64,000 bases of DNA from an uncultured bacterium (GTDB taxonomy: Bacteria > Krumholzibacteriota > Krumholzibacteriia > LZORAL124-64-63), in NCBI GenBank assembly GCA_963727525.1, contig CAVSGO010000007.1:1504001-1568000 (forward strand). Direction: 5' to 3'. Numbering within the stretch: the first letter of the stretch is position 1; the number at the start of each line of letters is the position of its first letter. Positions 55,340 to 64,000 of the stretch are shown piece after piece. A program made the translations under genes and the position numbers. The notes under the pieces were generated by a model, which was not told the DNA's origin, searched no databases, and saw only the letters and a list, made by a program, of their open reading frames with translations.

Positions 55340-56421
55340 CAGCGTGCACCTCCTGCCGCGAGGGTCCCCGACTCCGAAAGGATCTTCTCGTACTGCGCGA
55401 CAATTTCCTGGCCACCAGGCACCATGCCGCCGCAGCGGCCGTAGAAGTGCACCGGGCACCGACCCGCGACGGCGAGCCGCACGTCCTCCACCATCTGGCC
55501 GGTGCTCAGCTCGATGGCCAGCAGGTGTTTCACACGCCTCGCGAGCGCCGCGATGGCCTCGCTGGGGAACGGCCACACGGTGATCGGCCGCAGCAGGCCG
55601 ACTTTCAACCCATTCTCGCGCGCCTGGTCGATCGTCGAGTAGACGATGCGGGAGACGACACCGTAGGCAACGACGACGAGGTCGGCATCCTCGGTGAGGT
55701 ACTCCTCGTACCGCACCTCGTCCTTCATGATCTGCTGGTACTTGCGGTCGAGCGCGAGATTGTGCTGCTCGAGCTCCTCGGGTTCGAGGAAGATCGAACT
55801 GATCAGGTTCTGGCGCGTCGCTGCGTTGCCGCGTACCGCCCAGCTCGAGTGGTCGAAGGTCGCCGCCGCGGCCCGGGGAATCTCCACGACCTCCATCATC
55901 TGGCCGGTGATGCCGTCGGCCATGACACAGGCGGGGTTGCGGTAGCGGTCGGCGAGTTCGAAAGCGAGCATCGTCAGGTCGCACATCTCCTGGGCACCAT
56001 TGGGCGCCACGGTGATGAGACGGTAGTTGCCGTGGCCACCGCCCTTGGTGATCTGGAAGTAGTCGCCCTGTTCCGGCGCGATGTTGCCCAGGCCGGGACC
56101 GCCACGCATGATGTTCACGACAACGCAGGGCAGCTCGGCGCCGGCGATGTAGCTGAGACCTTCCTGCTTGAGGCTGAAGCCGGGGCTGGATGAGGCGGTC
56201 ATCGTGCGGATGCCCATGCCGGCGGTGCCGTACACCATGTTGATGGCGGCCACCTCGCTCTCGGCCTGGATGAACACACCGCCGAGGTTGGGAAAGTGCA
56301 GTGCGGCGGCCTGGGCGATCTCGCTGGCCGGTGTGATCGGATAGCCGTAGTACGCGCGGCAACCCGCGGCGAGGGCGCCGACGATGATGGCATCATTGCC
56401 CTTCATGAACTGTCTGGCCAT
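55339..56421 (-). CDS. 2-oxoacid:ferredoxin oxidoreductase alpha subunit (VorB-like)
   Basis: GYPITP, QAESEVAA, SSSPGFSLKQE, RGGPGLG. Confidence 0.92.
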   Translation of the reverse strand: MARQFMKGNDAIIVGALAAGCRAYYGYPITPASEIAQAAALHFPNLGGVFIQAESEVAAINMVYGTAGMGIRTMTASSSPGFSLKQEGLSYIAGAELPCVVVNIMRGGPGLGNIAPEQGDYFQITKGGGHGNYRLITVAPNGAQEMCDLTMLAFELADRYRNPACVMADGITGQMMEVVEIPRAAAATFDHSSWAVRGNAATRQNLISSIFLEPEELEQHNLALDRKYQQIMKDEVRYEEYLTEDADLVVVAYGVVSRIVYSTIDQARENGLKVGLLRPITVWPFPSEAIAALARRVKHLLAIELSTGQMVEDVRLAVAGRCPVHFYGRCGGMVPGGQEIVAQYEKILSESGTLAAGGAR

Positions 56422-56438
56422 GGTCGGACCCCCGATGG

Positions 56439-56660
56439 CTAAGGTTTGACGACCCGGATGGCGCCCGGCTCCGGGCAGGCGTAGAAGCAGAGGCCGCACC
56501 CGGTGCAGCCGTCCCCCAGGTAGTAGGCAGGGTGGTAACTCGAACTGTTGAGCTTGTCACTGATGGCGATGACACCCTTGGGGCAGACATCGATACAGAG
56601 CTGACAGCCTTTGCACAGTTCGGGATCGACTTCGAGGTACGGTTTCGGTGTTGTCGGCAT
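56439..56660 (-). CDS. 2x[4Fe-4S] ferredoxin (delta subunit)
   Basis: [12 protein letters not shown] and [13 protein letters not shown]. Confidence 0.92.
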   Translation of the reverse strand: MPTTPKPYLEVDPELCKGCQLCIDVCPKGVIAISDKLNSSSYHPAYYLGDGCTGCGLCFYACPEPGAIRVVKP

Positions 56661-56775
56661 GGGATTCACCTCGGGGCGGAAGGACCACGGAAGTGCCAGC
56701 CAACCAAACATAATCGCTGGTCTGGGGCGGAGAAAGAAATGAATGCCCGCTGAAAACGGGGTTCAGGAAGCGTGG

Positions 56776-57558
56776 TCAAGCATCGCGGAATGCCGGCGGA
56801 CGCTTCTCGAGGAAGGCCACGCAACCCTCGCTCGCATCGGCGCTCCCGCATACCACACCGAACAGCGCCGCCTCGAGACGGCAGCCTCCGTCGGGCGGGA
56901 GATTGGCGCCCTCGGACACGGCCTTGAGCGCACCGCGCACGCTGACCCGCGAGCGGCTGGCGATCGTGCCGGCCACCTTGTGCACCGCCTCCAACAACTC
57001 CGCCGCCGGCACGACCTTCTCCACCAGACCGAGCTGAAACGCCTCGGCCGCGGTGAGCTGGGCGCCGGTCAGGATCAGTTCGGCCGCCTTGCCCCGCCCG
57101 ACCAGGCGCGGCAGGCGCTGCGTCCCGCCGAATCCGGGGATCAGGCCCAGCGTGCATTCGGGCAGCCCGAGTCGGGCCTGATCGCTCGCGTAGCGGAAGG
57201 TGCAGGACATGGCCAGCTCGAGCCCTCCGCCCAGCGCGTAGCCGTTGATGGCCGCGATCACGGGCTTGCCCAGATTCTCGAGCCGCCACATGAGCTGCTG
57301 CCCCCGCGTGGCGTAGCGCTCGGCGCCGGGCGCGTCGAGGTCCCTGAGCTCGGTGATGTCGGCACCGGCCACGAAGGCCTTCTCGCCGGCGCCCGTCAGG
57401 ATCACGACCCGAACCTCGGTGTCGTCCGCGACGCTCCCGACAGCCTCGTGCAGCTCCTCGATGGTGCGGGTATTCAGCGCATTCAGGCGGGCAGGGCGAT
57501 CGATCGTGAGCGTGGCCACGCCATCGGCGACCGACAGGTTGATCTCCTGATATGCCAT
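56776..57558 (-). CDS. Enoyl-CoA hydratase (crotonase)
   Basis: AFVAGADI, NGYALGGGLE, GLPE..LGLIPGFGGTQRL. Confidence 0.92.
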   Translation of the reverse strand: MAYQEINLSVADGVATLTIDRPARLNALNTRTIEELHEAVGSVADDTEVRVVILTGAGEKAFVAGADITELRDLDAPGAERYATRGQQLMWRLENLGKPVIAAINGYALGGGLELAMSCTFRYASDQARLGLPECTLGLIPGFGGTQRLPRLVGRGKAAELILTGAQLTAAEAFQLGLVEKVVPAAELLEAVHKVAGTIASRSRVSVRGALKAVSEGANLPPDGGCRLEAALFGVVCGSADASEGCVAFLEKRPPAFRDA

Positions 57559-57648
57559 GAGTTTCCTCCCGGAGGGGGTCAGACCAGGGCCGACGACGGG
57601 CCACCGCGATCCGGAACACTCTAGCGTACCCGGATTCACTTCGCACTT

Positions 57649-57680
57649 TCGTTCTGCTAGCCACATCGTTCTGCTAGCCA
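57649..57680. repeat. 15-bp direct repeat (period 17) in a divergent intergenic region
   Basis: TCGTTCTGCTAGCCA at 57649 and 57666. Confidence 0.8.
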
Positions 57681-57751
57681 GGGGCACCGGCATTGATGTA
57701 CATTTACGGTCTGGATTGGAATTCGCCCGCCCCCACCCGAAAGCCGGTGCG

Positions 57752-59140
57752 ATGTTCGCTGGGGTCTCGAACGCGTGGCTGCTGGTTCCGGTCGCGTTTG
57801 CCGCAGGCTTCGGCGTCGCGCTCCTGGTCGCGTCGCGCCGACGTCGGCGCCAGCACGCGCGGCTGGAAGCTCAGACCGACTCGCTGCGCGAGCAGCTCCA
57901 GCGCGCTCAGCGCATGGAGGCACTGGGCATTCTCGCCAGCAGCATCGTGCACAACCTCAACAACCTGCTCACCGCCATCCTCGGCCACGCGCGGCTCGCC
58001 ATGGACGATCTCGACCGCCGGCATCCCGCGCAGCGCAGCCTCGAGCAGGTGGTGCGCGCCGGTCAGACCGCTGGCGAACTGACACGCGAGATCCTCGATT
58101 TCGAACACACGACGGATTCCGAGCGCCGCCCGGAGCGCCTGCAGGCGGTGGTCAACGACACCGTGAAATTGCTGCGCGATCTGCTGCCGGGATCGGTGGA
58201 GTTACGAACCGAACTCGATCCCGCCTGTGGACCAGTGCTCGCGAGCACGTCGCAGGTGCAGCAGGTCTTGCTGAGCCTTTGCAGCAACGCCTACCACTCG
58301 ATGCACCGCCACCGCGGCACCGTGACCATCGCCCTGTCGAACGCCGAGATCACCGAGACGCGTGAGGCCGTGCCGCAGCCGCTGGCGCCGGGCATGTACG
58401 TGCGTCTGTCCATTCTGGACGACGGGCGCGGCATGGACGCCCAGACGCTGGAGCGGATCTTCGAACCCTACTTCTCCGGACGTGAGCCGCGGCGCGGCGC
58501 GGGGCTCGGCCTGACCACCGTCAAGCGCATCCTCGCCGCGCACGACGGCGCCGCCATCTCGCAGAGCCAGCCGGGCCATGGAACGCGGTTCGATATCTAC
58601 TTCCCGGTGGTCGTACGCGAGGTGCAGCGAGGCGACGCCGCGACCGGCGCGCCGCCGGCGGGGGTGGAATCCGGGCCGGTCGACCTTCCGGCACCCCGTC
58701 AGCGGCGACGCGGCTCATTGCATGCCCGGCGCGCGCCGGGCACGCCGGTGCGGGTGCTCCTGGTCGACGACGAGATTCTCGTGGCGGGAATGCTGCGCAC
58801 CGGACTCGAACGGCTGGGATACCAGGTCACGAGCCGGGCGGGCGGGCCGCAGGCACTCGCCACCTTCGTCGAGAATCCGGACGCTTTCGACGTGCTCGTG
58901 TCCGACCAGATCATGCGCGGACTCTCGGGCGAGCACCTGGCGCGAGAGATCGTCGCCCTGCGTCCGGGCCTGCCCGTGATCCTGATCACCGGTTTCCGCG
59001 ACAGTGTCGAGGTGGATCATGCGCAGGCCAACGGCATCAACGAGGTCCTGGAGAAGCCACTGAGTCATCACGACCTGGCAGCCGCGATCGAGCGCGTCCT
59101 GGCGGATTCGGCCCGACGCGAGCTCGAAGATCGCGCCTGA
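57752..59140 (+). CDS. Hybrid histidine kinase/response regulator
   Basis: One TM, HNLNNLL H-box, DDGRGM...IFEPYF...GLGL, C-terminal receiver. Confidence 0.9.
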   Translation: MFAGVSNAWLLVPVAFAAGFGVALLVASRRRRRQHARLEAQTDSLREQLQRAQRMEALGILASSIVHNLNNLLTAILGHARLAMDDLDRRHPAQRSLEQVVRAGQTAGELTREILDFEHTTDSERRPERLQAVVNDTVKLLRDLLPGSVELRTELDPACGPVLASTSQVQQVLLSLCSNAYHSMHRHRGTVTIALSNAEITETREAVPQPLAPGMYVRLSILDDGRGMDAQTLERIFEPYFSGREPRRGAGLGLTTVKRILAAHDGAAISQSQPGHGTRFDIYFPVVVREVQRGDAATGAPPAGVESGPVDLPAPRQRRRGSLHARRAPGTPVRVLLVDDEILVAGMLRTGLERLGYQVTSRAGGPQALATFVENPDAFDVLVSDQIMRGLSGEHLAREIVALRPGLPVILITGFRDSVEVDHAQANGINEVLEKPLSHHDLAAAIERVLADSARRELEDRA

Positions 59141-59142
59141 CC

Positions 59143-60273
59143 CTACTTCAGCACGAACACCGAGAGGAAGACACCGGCCGCCACGGCCGAGCCGATCACG
59201 CCGGCCACGTTGGGCGCCATGGCGTGCATGATCAGGAAGTTCTGCGGATCCTCCCGCGCACCTACCATCTGACATACCCGTGCCGAGTCGGGCACGGCCG
59301 AGACGCCGGCCGCACCGATGATCGGGTTGATCTTGTCGTGAATGAATACGTTCAGCAGCTTCGCGAAGAGCACGCCTCCAGCAGTGGCCACGGCGAAGGA
59401 CATGGCGCCGAGACCGAAGATGAGGAGCGACTGCGGCGTGAGAAAACGACTCGCATCCGTGCTCGTACCCACGCACACGCCGAGCAGGATGGTGACGATG
59501 TCGATGAGCGACGTGCGCGCGGTCTTGGCCAGGCGCTCGGTGACCCCGCTCTCCTTCAGCAGGTTGCCGAAGAAGAGGAAGCCCAGCAGCGAGATCGCGC
59601 CCGGTGCGATGCTCGCGCAGAGCACGAAGGCCACGATCGGGAAGATGATCCGCAGCCGCTTGCTCACCGGCCGCGACGGTTTCATGCGGATCAATCGTTC
59701 CTCGCGCGAGGTGAGCAGCTTGATGATCGGCGGCTGGATCACGGGTACCAGCGCCATGTAGCTATAAGCCGCCACCGCGATGGCCCCCAGCAGATGGGGC
59801 GCGAGCTGGCTAGACAGGAAGATCGCGGTGGGACCGTCGGCGCCACCGATGATGCCGATGGCGGCCGCCTCGTTCACCTCGAAGCCGAGCGCGAGCGAGC
59901 CGAGGAAGGTGGCATAGATCCCCACCTGCGCCGCGGCGCCCAGCAGGACGAGGCGTGGATTGGAAAGCATGCACGAGAAGTCGGTCATCGCACCGATGCC
60001 CAGGAAGATGAGCGACGGATACCAGCCCTGCGTGACACCCTTGTACAGTATGTTCATCACGCTGCCGTCCTCGTAGATGCCGATGTTCATCCCCGTTTGC
60101 AGCGGGATGTTGCCGATGAGCATCCCGAAGCCGATCGGCACCAGGAGCAGGGGCTCGTAATCCTTGGCCACGCCGAGGTAGATGAAGAAGCAGCCCACGG
60201 CCAGCATGGCCATGTTGCCCCACGAGAAGTTGCCGACGATGCCGACCTGCAGAAAGCTCCATAATGCATCCAT
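59143..60273 (-). CDS. Na+-translocating decarboxylase beta subunit
   Basis: EPLLLVPIGFG, GIIGGADGPT, AVAAYSYMALVP, GVSAVP, PNVAGVIGSA. Confidence 0.95.
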   Translation of the reverse strand: MDALWSFLQVGIVGNFSWGNMAMLAVGCFFIYLGVAKDYEPLLLVPIGFGMLIGNIPLQTGMNIGIYEDGSVMNILYKGVTQGWYPSLIFLGIGAMTDFSCMLSNPRLVLLGAAAQVGIYATFLGSLALGFEVNEAAAIGIIGGADGPTAIFLSSQLAPHLLGAIAVAAYSYMALVPVIQPPIIKLLTSREERLIRMKPSRPVSKRLRIIFPIVAFVLCASIAPGAISLLGFLFFGNLLKESGVTERLAKTARTSLIDIVTILLGVCVGTSTDASRFLTPQSLLIFGLGAMSFAVATAGGVLFAKLLNVFIHDKINPIIGAAGVSAVPDSARVCQMVGAREDPQNFLIMHAMAPNVAGVIGSAVAAGVFLSVFVLK

Positions 60274-60284
60274 ATTCGTGCCGC

Positions 60285-60683
60285 CTACGCGAACTCGACG
60301 AGGATCTGATTCTCGCGAACGCTGTCGCCCACAGCGACCGGAATGGCCTTGATCTTGCCCGCGCTCGGTGCGGCGATGGCGGTCTCCATCTTCATGGCCT
60401 CGATGACCACGAGCGCCTGGTTGGCAGCGACCTCGTCACCAACCTTGCAGCGAATCTCCAGCACCGTACCCGCGATGGGCGACACGACACCGTTCTCGGC
60501 GCCGGCGGCCATGGGCGCGGCGGACGCGCGGCGCGGCGCGGCCGACGGCGCCAGGCCGGGCGCCGCCGTGGCCGTCGGTCGGGCGACGGGCGGCAGCGGG
60601 CTGCCGAGAAATTCCGTATCGGCGTCGAGGACCTCGACGTCCACCTCGTAGGCCACGCCATGCACGGTGATCTTGAGCTTCAT
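60285..60683 (-). CDS. Biotin carboxyl carrier subunit
   Basis: Ala/Pro linker and EAMKME. Confidence 0.93.
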   Translation of the reverse strand: MKLKITVHGVAYEVDVEVLDADTEFLGSPLPPVARPTATAAPGLAPSAAPRRASAAPMAAGAENGVVSPIAGTVLEIRCKVGDEVAANQALVVIEAMKMETAIAAPSAGKIKAIPVAVGDSVRENQILVEFA

Positions 60684-60741
60684 GACATACTCCCGTTGCG
60701 GGTGAAGCGGCTCCGATCGCCACATACCCGGATGCTGGCCA

Positions 60742-61110
60742 TCAACCTGAACGTTTGCGATCGATCGTATGCGAACCCTGGAGAATGAGCCGCCCCTGGG
60801 CCGACCACGGCGTCCGCTGCACGCGCGGCGACAGCAGACGTCGGATCTTGCGAATCCTGTGACGACCGGTGATCACGGTGGCTACCGCGGCGCTGATGAG
60901 CACGACCGTGGTCGTGTCGATCGTGGCTTGCTTGTGCAGCGCCTCGGCCAGGTTGCGTTCCTCGGTGCGCTGCCAGCGATCGTCGAGCTTGCGCAGCAGG
61001 CCGACGACGGTGGCGATCAGGAACAGCACGAAGAAGACGACCAGCAGTCCGATCGCCGAGAGCGCGATCGTGTCCGCGTGGATACCGCCCGCCATGGCAT
61101 GGCCCGTCAT
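60742..61110 (-). CDS. OadG/MmdD-family membrane anchor subunit
   Basis: GLLVVFFVL TM helix, VVLISAAV, W...GR; operon position. Confidence 0.8.
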   Translation of the reverse strand: MTGHAMAGGIHADTIALSAIGLLVVFFVLFLIATVVGLLRKLDDRWQRTEERNLAEALHKQATIDTTTVVLISAAVATVITGRHRIRKIRRLLSPRVQRTPWSAQGRLILQGSHTIDRKRSG

Positions 61111-61130
61111 GGTCGTCTCACTTCCCGTAT

Positions 61131-62681
61131 TTAAAGGGGGATGAGGCCGTGCTTCTTCGCCGGCCGCAGCTCGCGCTTCGACTTGAGCACCTCGAGCGAC
61201 TGGGCCAGGTAGGCGCGCGTCTCGGCGGGCTCGATCACATCGTCGACCATGCCGCGTCCCGCCGCCACGTAGGGATTCGCGAAGGTTTCGGTGTACTCCT
61301 TGATGAGCCGCGCGCGCATCTCCGCCGGATCCTCCGCCTCCTCGATCTCTCGGCGATAAAGCACGTTCACCGCACCGTCGGCGCCCATGACGGCGATCTC
61401 GCCGGTCGGCCACACAGCGACGCGATCGGCCCCCATGCTCTTGCCGCACATCGCCAGGTAGGCGCCGCCGTAGGCCTTGCGCGTGACGACGGTGAGCTTG
61501 GGCACCGTGGTGGCGCCGTAGGCAAACAGCATCTTCGCGCCATGCCGGATGATGCCACCGTACTCCTGCTGCACGCCGGGCATGAAGCCGGGCACGTCGA
61601 CGAAGGTGATGATCGGGATGTTGAACGCGTTGCAGAAGCGGATGAAACGAGCCGCCTTGCAGCTCGAGTCGATGTCGAGAACGCCCGCCTTGAATTGGGG
61701 ATTGTTCGCCACCACTCCCACCGTGGAACCCTCGATGCGCCCGAAGCCAATGATGATGTTGGGCGCAAAATCGCGCTGGATCTCGAGGAAGTCGGCGCCG
61801 TCCATGACGCCGGTGACGACGGCGTGCATGTCGTAGGCCTCGCGCGGATTGTCCGGCACGATGTCGTTGAGGAAGGCCAGGTCGCCCACCATCTCCTCGT
61901 GCATCTCGGGCAGGAACGGCGGGTCGGCGGTGTTGTTGCTCGGCAGAAAACTGAGCAGTCGCTTGCAGATCTCGAAGGCCTCGGCCTCGGTCTGGGCCAC
62001 GAAATGCGTCACGCCCGAGTAGCGCGCGTGGCTGGCGGCGCCACCGAGTTCCTCGGCCGACACCTTCTCGCCGGTGACCTGCTCGATGACCTTGGGTCCG
62101 GTGATGAACATCTGACCGATACCCTGGACCTGGATCACGAAATCCGTGAGCGCCGGCGAGTACACGGCGCCGCCGGCGCAGGGCCCGGCGATGATGCACA
62201 CCTGGGGCACCACCCCGGACAGAGCCACGTTGCGGTAGAAGATGCCGCCATAACCCGCCAGCGAGTCGACGCCTTCCTGGATGCGGGCGCCGCCCGAGTC
62301 GTTGACGAAGATGAACGGATCGCCCGTACGCAGCGCCTGATCCATGACCTCGCAGATCTTCTTGGCCGTGGCCTCGCCCACCGCGCCCCCGGCGACCGTG
62401 AAGTCCTGGCTGGCGGCATACACCGGACGCCCGTCCACGAGGCCGAAACCCGTGACCACGCCCTCGCCGGGAAACTCCACCTCCTGGAGCCCGAAATGCG
62501 TGCTACGATGCTTCATGAAGAGTTGCAGTTCCTGGAAGGAGTCGCCGTCATAGAGCAGCGCCAGACGTTCCCGCGCGGTGAGCTTGCCCTTCTCGTGCTG
62601 CTTGGCTATGCGCTTGTCGCCGCCCCCCTTGTAGAGACGACTGCGCATCTTGCGCAGGTTCTCGATCTTTTCGTTGGACAT
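61131..62681 (-). CDS. Acyl-CoA carboxyltransferase (methylmalonyl-CoA decarboxylase alpha-like)
   Basis: KGKLTARER, DSGGARIQEG, GPCAGGAVYSPA, DVPGFMPG, KKHGLIPL. Confidence 0.93.
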   Translation of the reverse strand: MSNEKIENLRKMRSRLYKGGGDKRIAKQHEKGKLTARERLALLYDGDSFQELQLFMKHRSTHFGLQEVEFPGEGVVTGFGLVDGRPVYAASQDFTVAGGAVGEATAKKICEVMDQALRTGDPFIFVNDSGGARIQEGVDSLAGYGGIFYRNVALSGVVPQVCIIAGPCAGGAVYSPALTDFVIQVQGIGQMFITGPKVIEQVTGEKVSAEELGGAASHARYSGVTHFVAQTEAEAFEICKRLLSFLPSNNTADPPFLPEMHEEMVGDLAFLNDIVPDNPREAYDMHAVVTGVMDGADFLEIQRDFAPNIIIGFGRIEGSTVGVVANNPQFKAGVLDIDSSCKAARFIRFCNAFNIPIITFVDVPGFMPGVQQEYGGIIRHGAKMLFAYGATTVPKLTVVTRKAYGGAYLAMCGKSMGADRVAVWPTGEIAVMGADGAVNVLYRREIEEAEDPAEMRARLIKEYTETFANPYVAAGRGMVDDVIEPAETRAYLAQSLEVLKSKRELRPAKKHGLIPL

Positions 62682-62780
62682 GCTACGGCGCTCCTTCCCG
62701 GGGTCCGGCGGCGGCCGCCAGACAGTTACCGCCGGAACTGGCCCCGGCGTCGTTGCGTGATATGGGGCCCGGATCGACGT

Positions 62781-62819
62781 TTGTCAAACCGCGCGGACCC
62801 CATTGTCAAAAATTTGTCA
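62781..62819. promoter_or_regulatory. Three helically phased TTGTCA repeats upstream of the decarboxylase operon
   Basis: TTGTCA at 62781, 62803 and 62814 (spacings 22 and 11). Confidence 0.4.
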
Positions 62820-62991
62820 GGTACGGCCGCCGTCGATCGCGACCCCCGTTCCCGGCCGACCCTGCCGCCGGGCTAGAACCAGAACACGAAGTCGAGCATC
62901 CCGAACCCGCCCCAGCCATGGGCCGAGAATGCGGAGGCGCGGCTGTGCCTAGCAACGCGGCGGGGCGCCGCAGCTCTTCCCGCCGGCCTTC

Positions 62992-64000
62992 TCATGGGTC
63001 GCCCCGTAGCAGATCGCCCGGATTGAGTCCAGCCAGGTCCGGCAACACGAAGAGACCGTCCTTGCGCACGAGCACATCGTCGAGCCAGATCTCGCCGCCG
63101 CCCCATCCGGGGGTCTGGATGCACACGATGTCCCAGTGGAGCGCCGAGCGGTTGCCGTTGAATGCCGCCTCGTAGGCGTTGCCCGGGGTGAGGTGGAAGC
63201 TGCCGGCGATCTTCTCGTCGAAGAGCGTGTCGAGCATGGGAGTGGTGATGTGCGGGTTCAGGCCCAGCGCAAACTCGCCGAAGTAGCGCGCCCCCTCATC
63301 GATGTCGAGGGCCTCGTTGAGCTTGGTCTCGTCGCCGTCGCAACCGGCCTCGACGATCTTGCCATCCTTCACCACGAAGCGGACGTTCTTGAAGCGCACG
63401 CCGCCGTGCATGGTGTCCGCGTTGTACTGGATCACGCCATTCATACTGTCCCGCACGGGCGCGGTGTAGACCTCGCCATCGGGGATGTTGCGGCCGCCGT
63501 CGCATTTCACCGCGGGCAGACCGGCGATGCTGAACCGCAGGTCCGTACCCGGCCCCTTGAGGTGCACGCGGTCGGTGCGCTCGAGCAGGGCGGCGAGCGG
63601 ATCCATGGCGCGGCTGAGGCGCGCGTAGTCGAGGCAGCACACGTCGTAGTAGAAGTCGGCGAACTCCTCGGTGGAGCGCTGCGCGAGCTGCGCCATGGCA
63701 GGATTCGGATAGCGAAGGACGCACCACTTCTTGCGCAGGCGTACGGGGATATGCACCTCATCCCAGTACGCCTTCTCGTACCATTTGAGGTGCTGGGCGT
63801 CGATATCGGCCAGGTCGAACGGATTGGTCGAACCTCGCACCGCGATGTAAGCGTCGACGGCCTCCATGATCGGCCGATGGAACTGCCCCCAGGCAGCGAA
63901 CTGCGCCTCGCCGGCGTTCTTGATGAAGGGCCGATTCAGCGTCTCGTCGTTGTAATACCAGAACGGCACGCCGCCGGCGAGCGTCGCAGCTCTGATCAGT
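62992..64000 (-). CDS. Aminopeptidase, M29 (AmpS/AmpT) family, 5'-partial
   Basis: NIPDGEVYTAP, GEFALG, LFDEKI.GS.H..PG.AY, N.S.LHWD. Confidence 0.92.
   Translation of the reverse strand, partial: LIRAATLAGGVPFWYYNDETLNRPFIKNAGEAQFAAWGQFHRPIMEAVDAYIAVRGSTNPFDLADIDAQHLKWYEKAYWDEVHIPVRLRKKWCVLRYPNPAMAQLAQRSTEEFADFYYDVCCLDYARLSRAMDPLAALLERTDRVHLKGPGTDLRFSIAGLPAVKCDGGRNIPDGEVYTAPVRDSMNGVIQYNADTMHGGVRFKNVRFVVKDGKIVEAGCDGDETKLNEALDIDEGARYFGEFALGLNPHITTPMLDTLFDEKIAGSFHLTPGNAYEAAFNGNRSALHWDIVCIQTPGWGGGEIWLDDVLVRKDGLFVLPDLAGLNPGDLLRGDP

Noticed and set aside
62873-63124. ORF ending GWGGFGMLDFVFWF, resembling a beta-barrel C-terminal signal
   Set aside because: Overlaps the aminopeptidase, is short and has no credible start; at most a tiny remnant.

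Overview
High-GC bacterial chromosome segment. Secreted proteins with C-terminal FlgD-Ig/'PNPFNP' domains, a C-terminal WGxxK tail and a GldAFG-like ABC set suggest an FCB-related lineage such as Latescibacterota, Krumholzibacteriota or Eisenbacteria (inference). About 1-15.9 kb is an accessory zone of short, mostly minus-strand genes that looks like an eroding integron cassette array with no integrase in view. It has one textbook attC (15196-15294), an attI-like entry site next to nrdJ, several degenerate attC remnants, an IS110-family remnant abutting a cassette R'' site, and deletion scars. At its left edge, absent from the ORF track, is the most interesting locus: a 51-aa single-TM protein and an adjacent >367-aa protein (possible tandem ATP-cone plus HEPN-like region). 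They share a 17-residue beta/amyloid-like motif with opposite charges, at the C-terminus of the first and the N-terminus of the second, which is the layout of amyloid signalling pairs. About 16-64 kb is mostly core genome: nrdJ with NrdR boxes, HDOD/LMWP, LpoB/COG3014, Gld-like ABC, proteases, iscS-nadA, tRNA-Lys, purA, tRNA-Leu-tig-clpP-clpX-lon-engB, a sigma54 regulator, a POT transporter, an IR-flanked truncated transposase, a 2-oxoacid:ferredoxin oxidoreductase, crotonase, a hybrid kinase, a Na+-translocating decarboxylase operon and an M29 aminopeptidase. All family calls come from motif recognition by eye; no searches were run.
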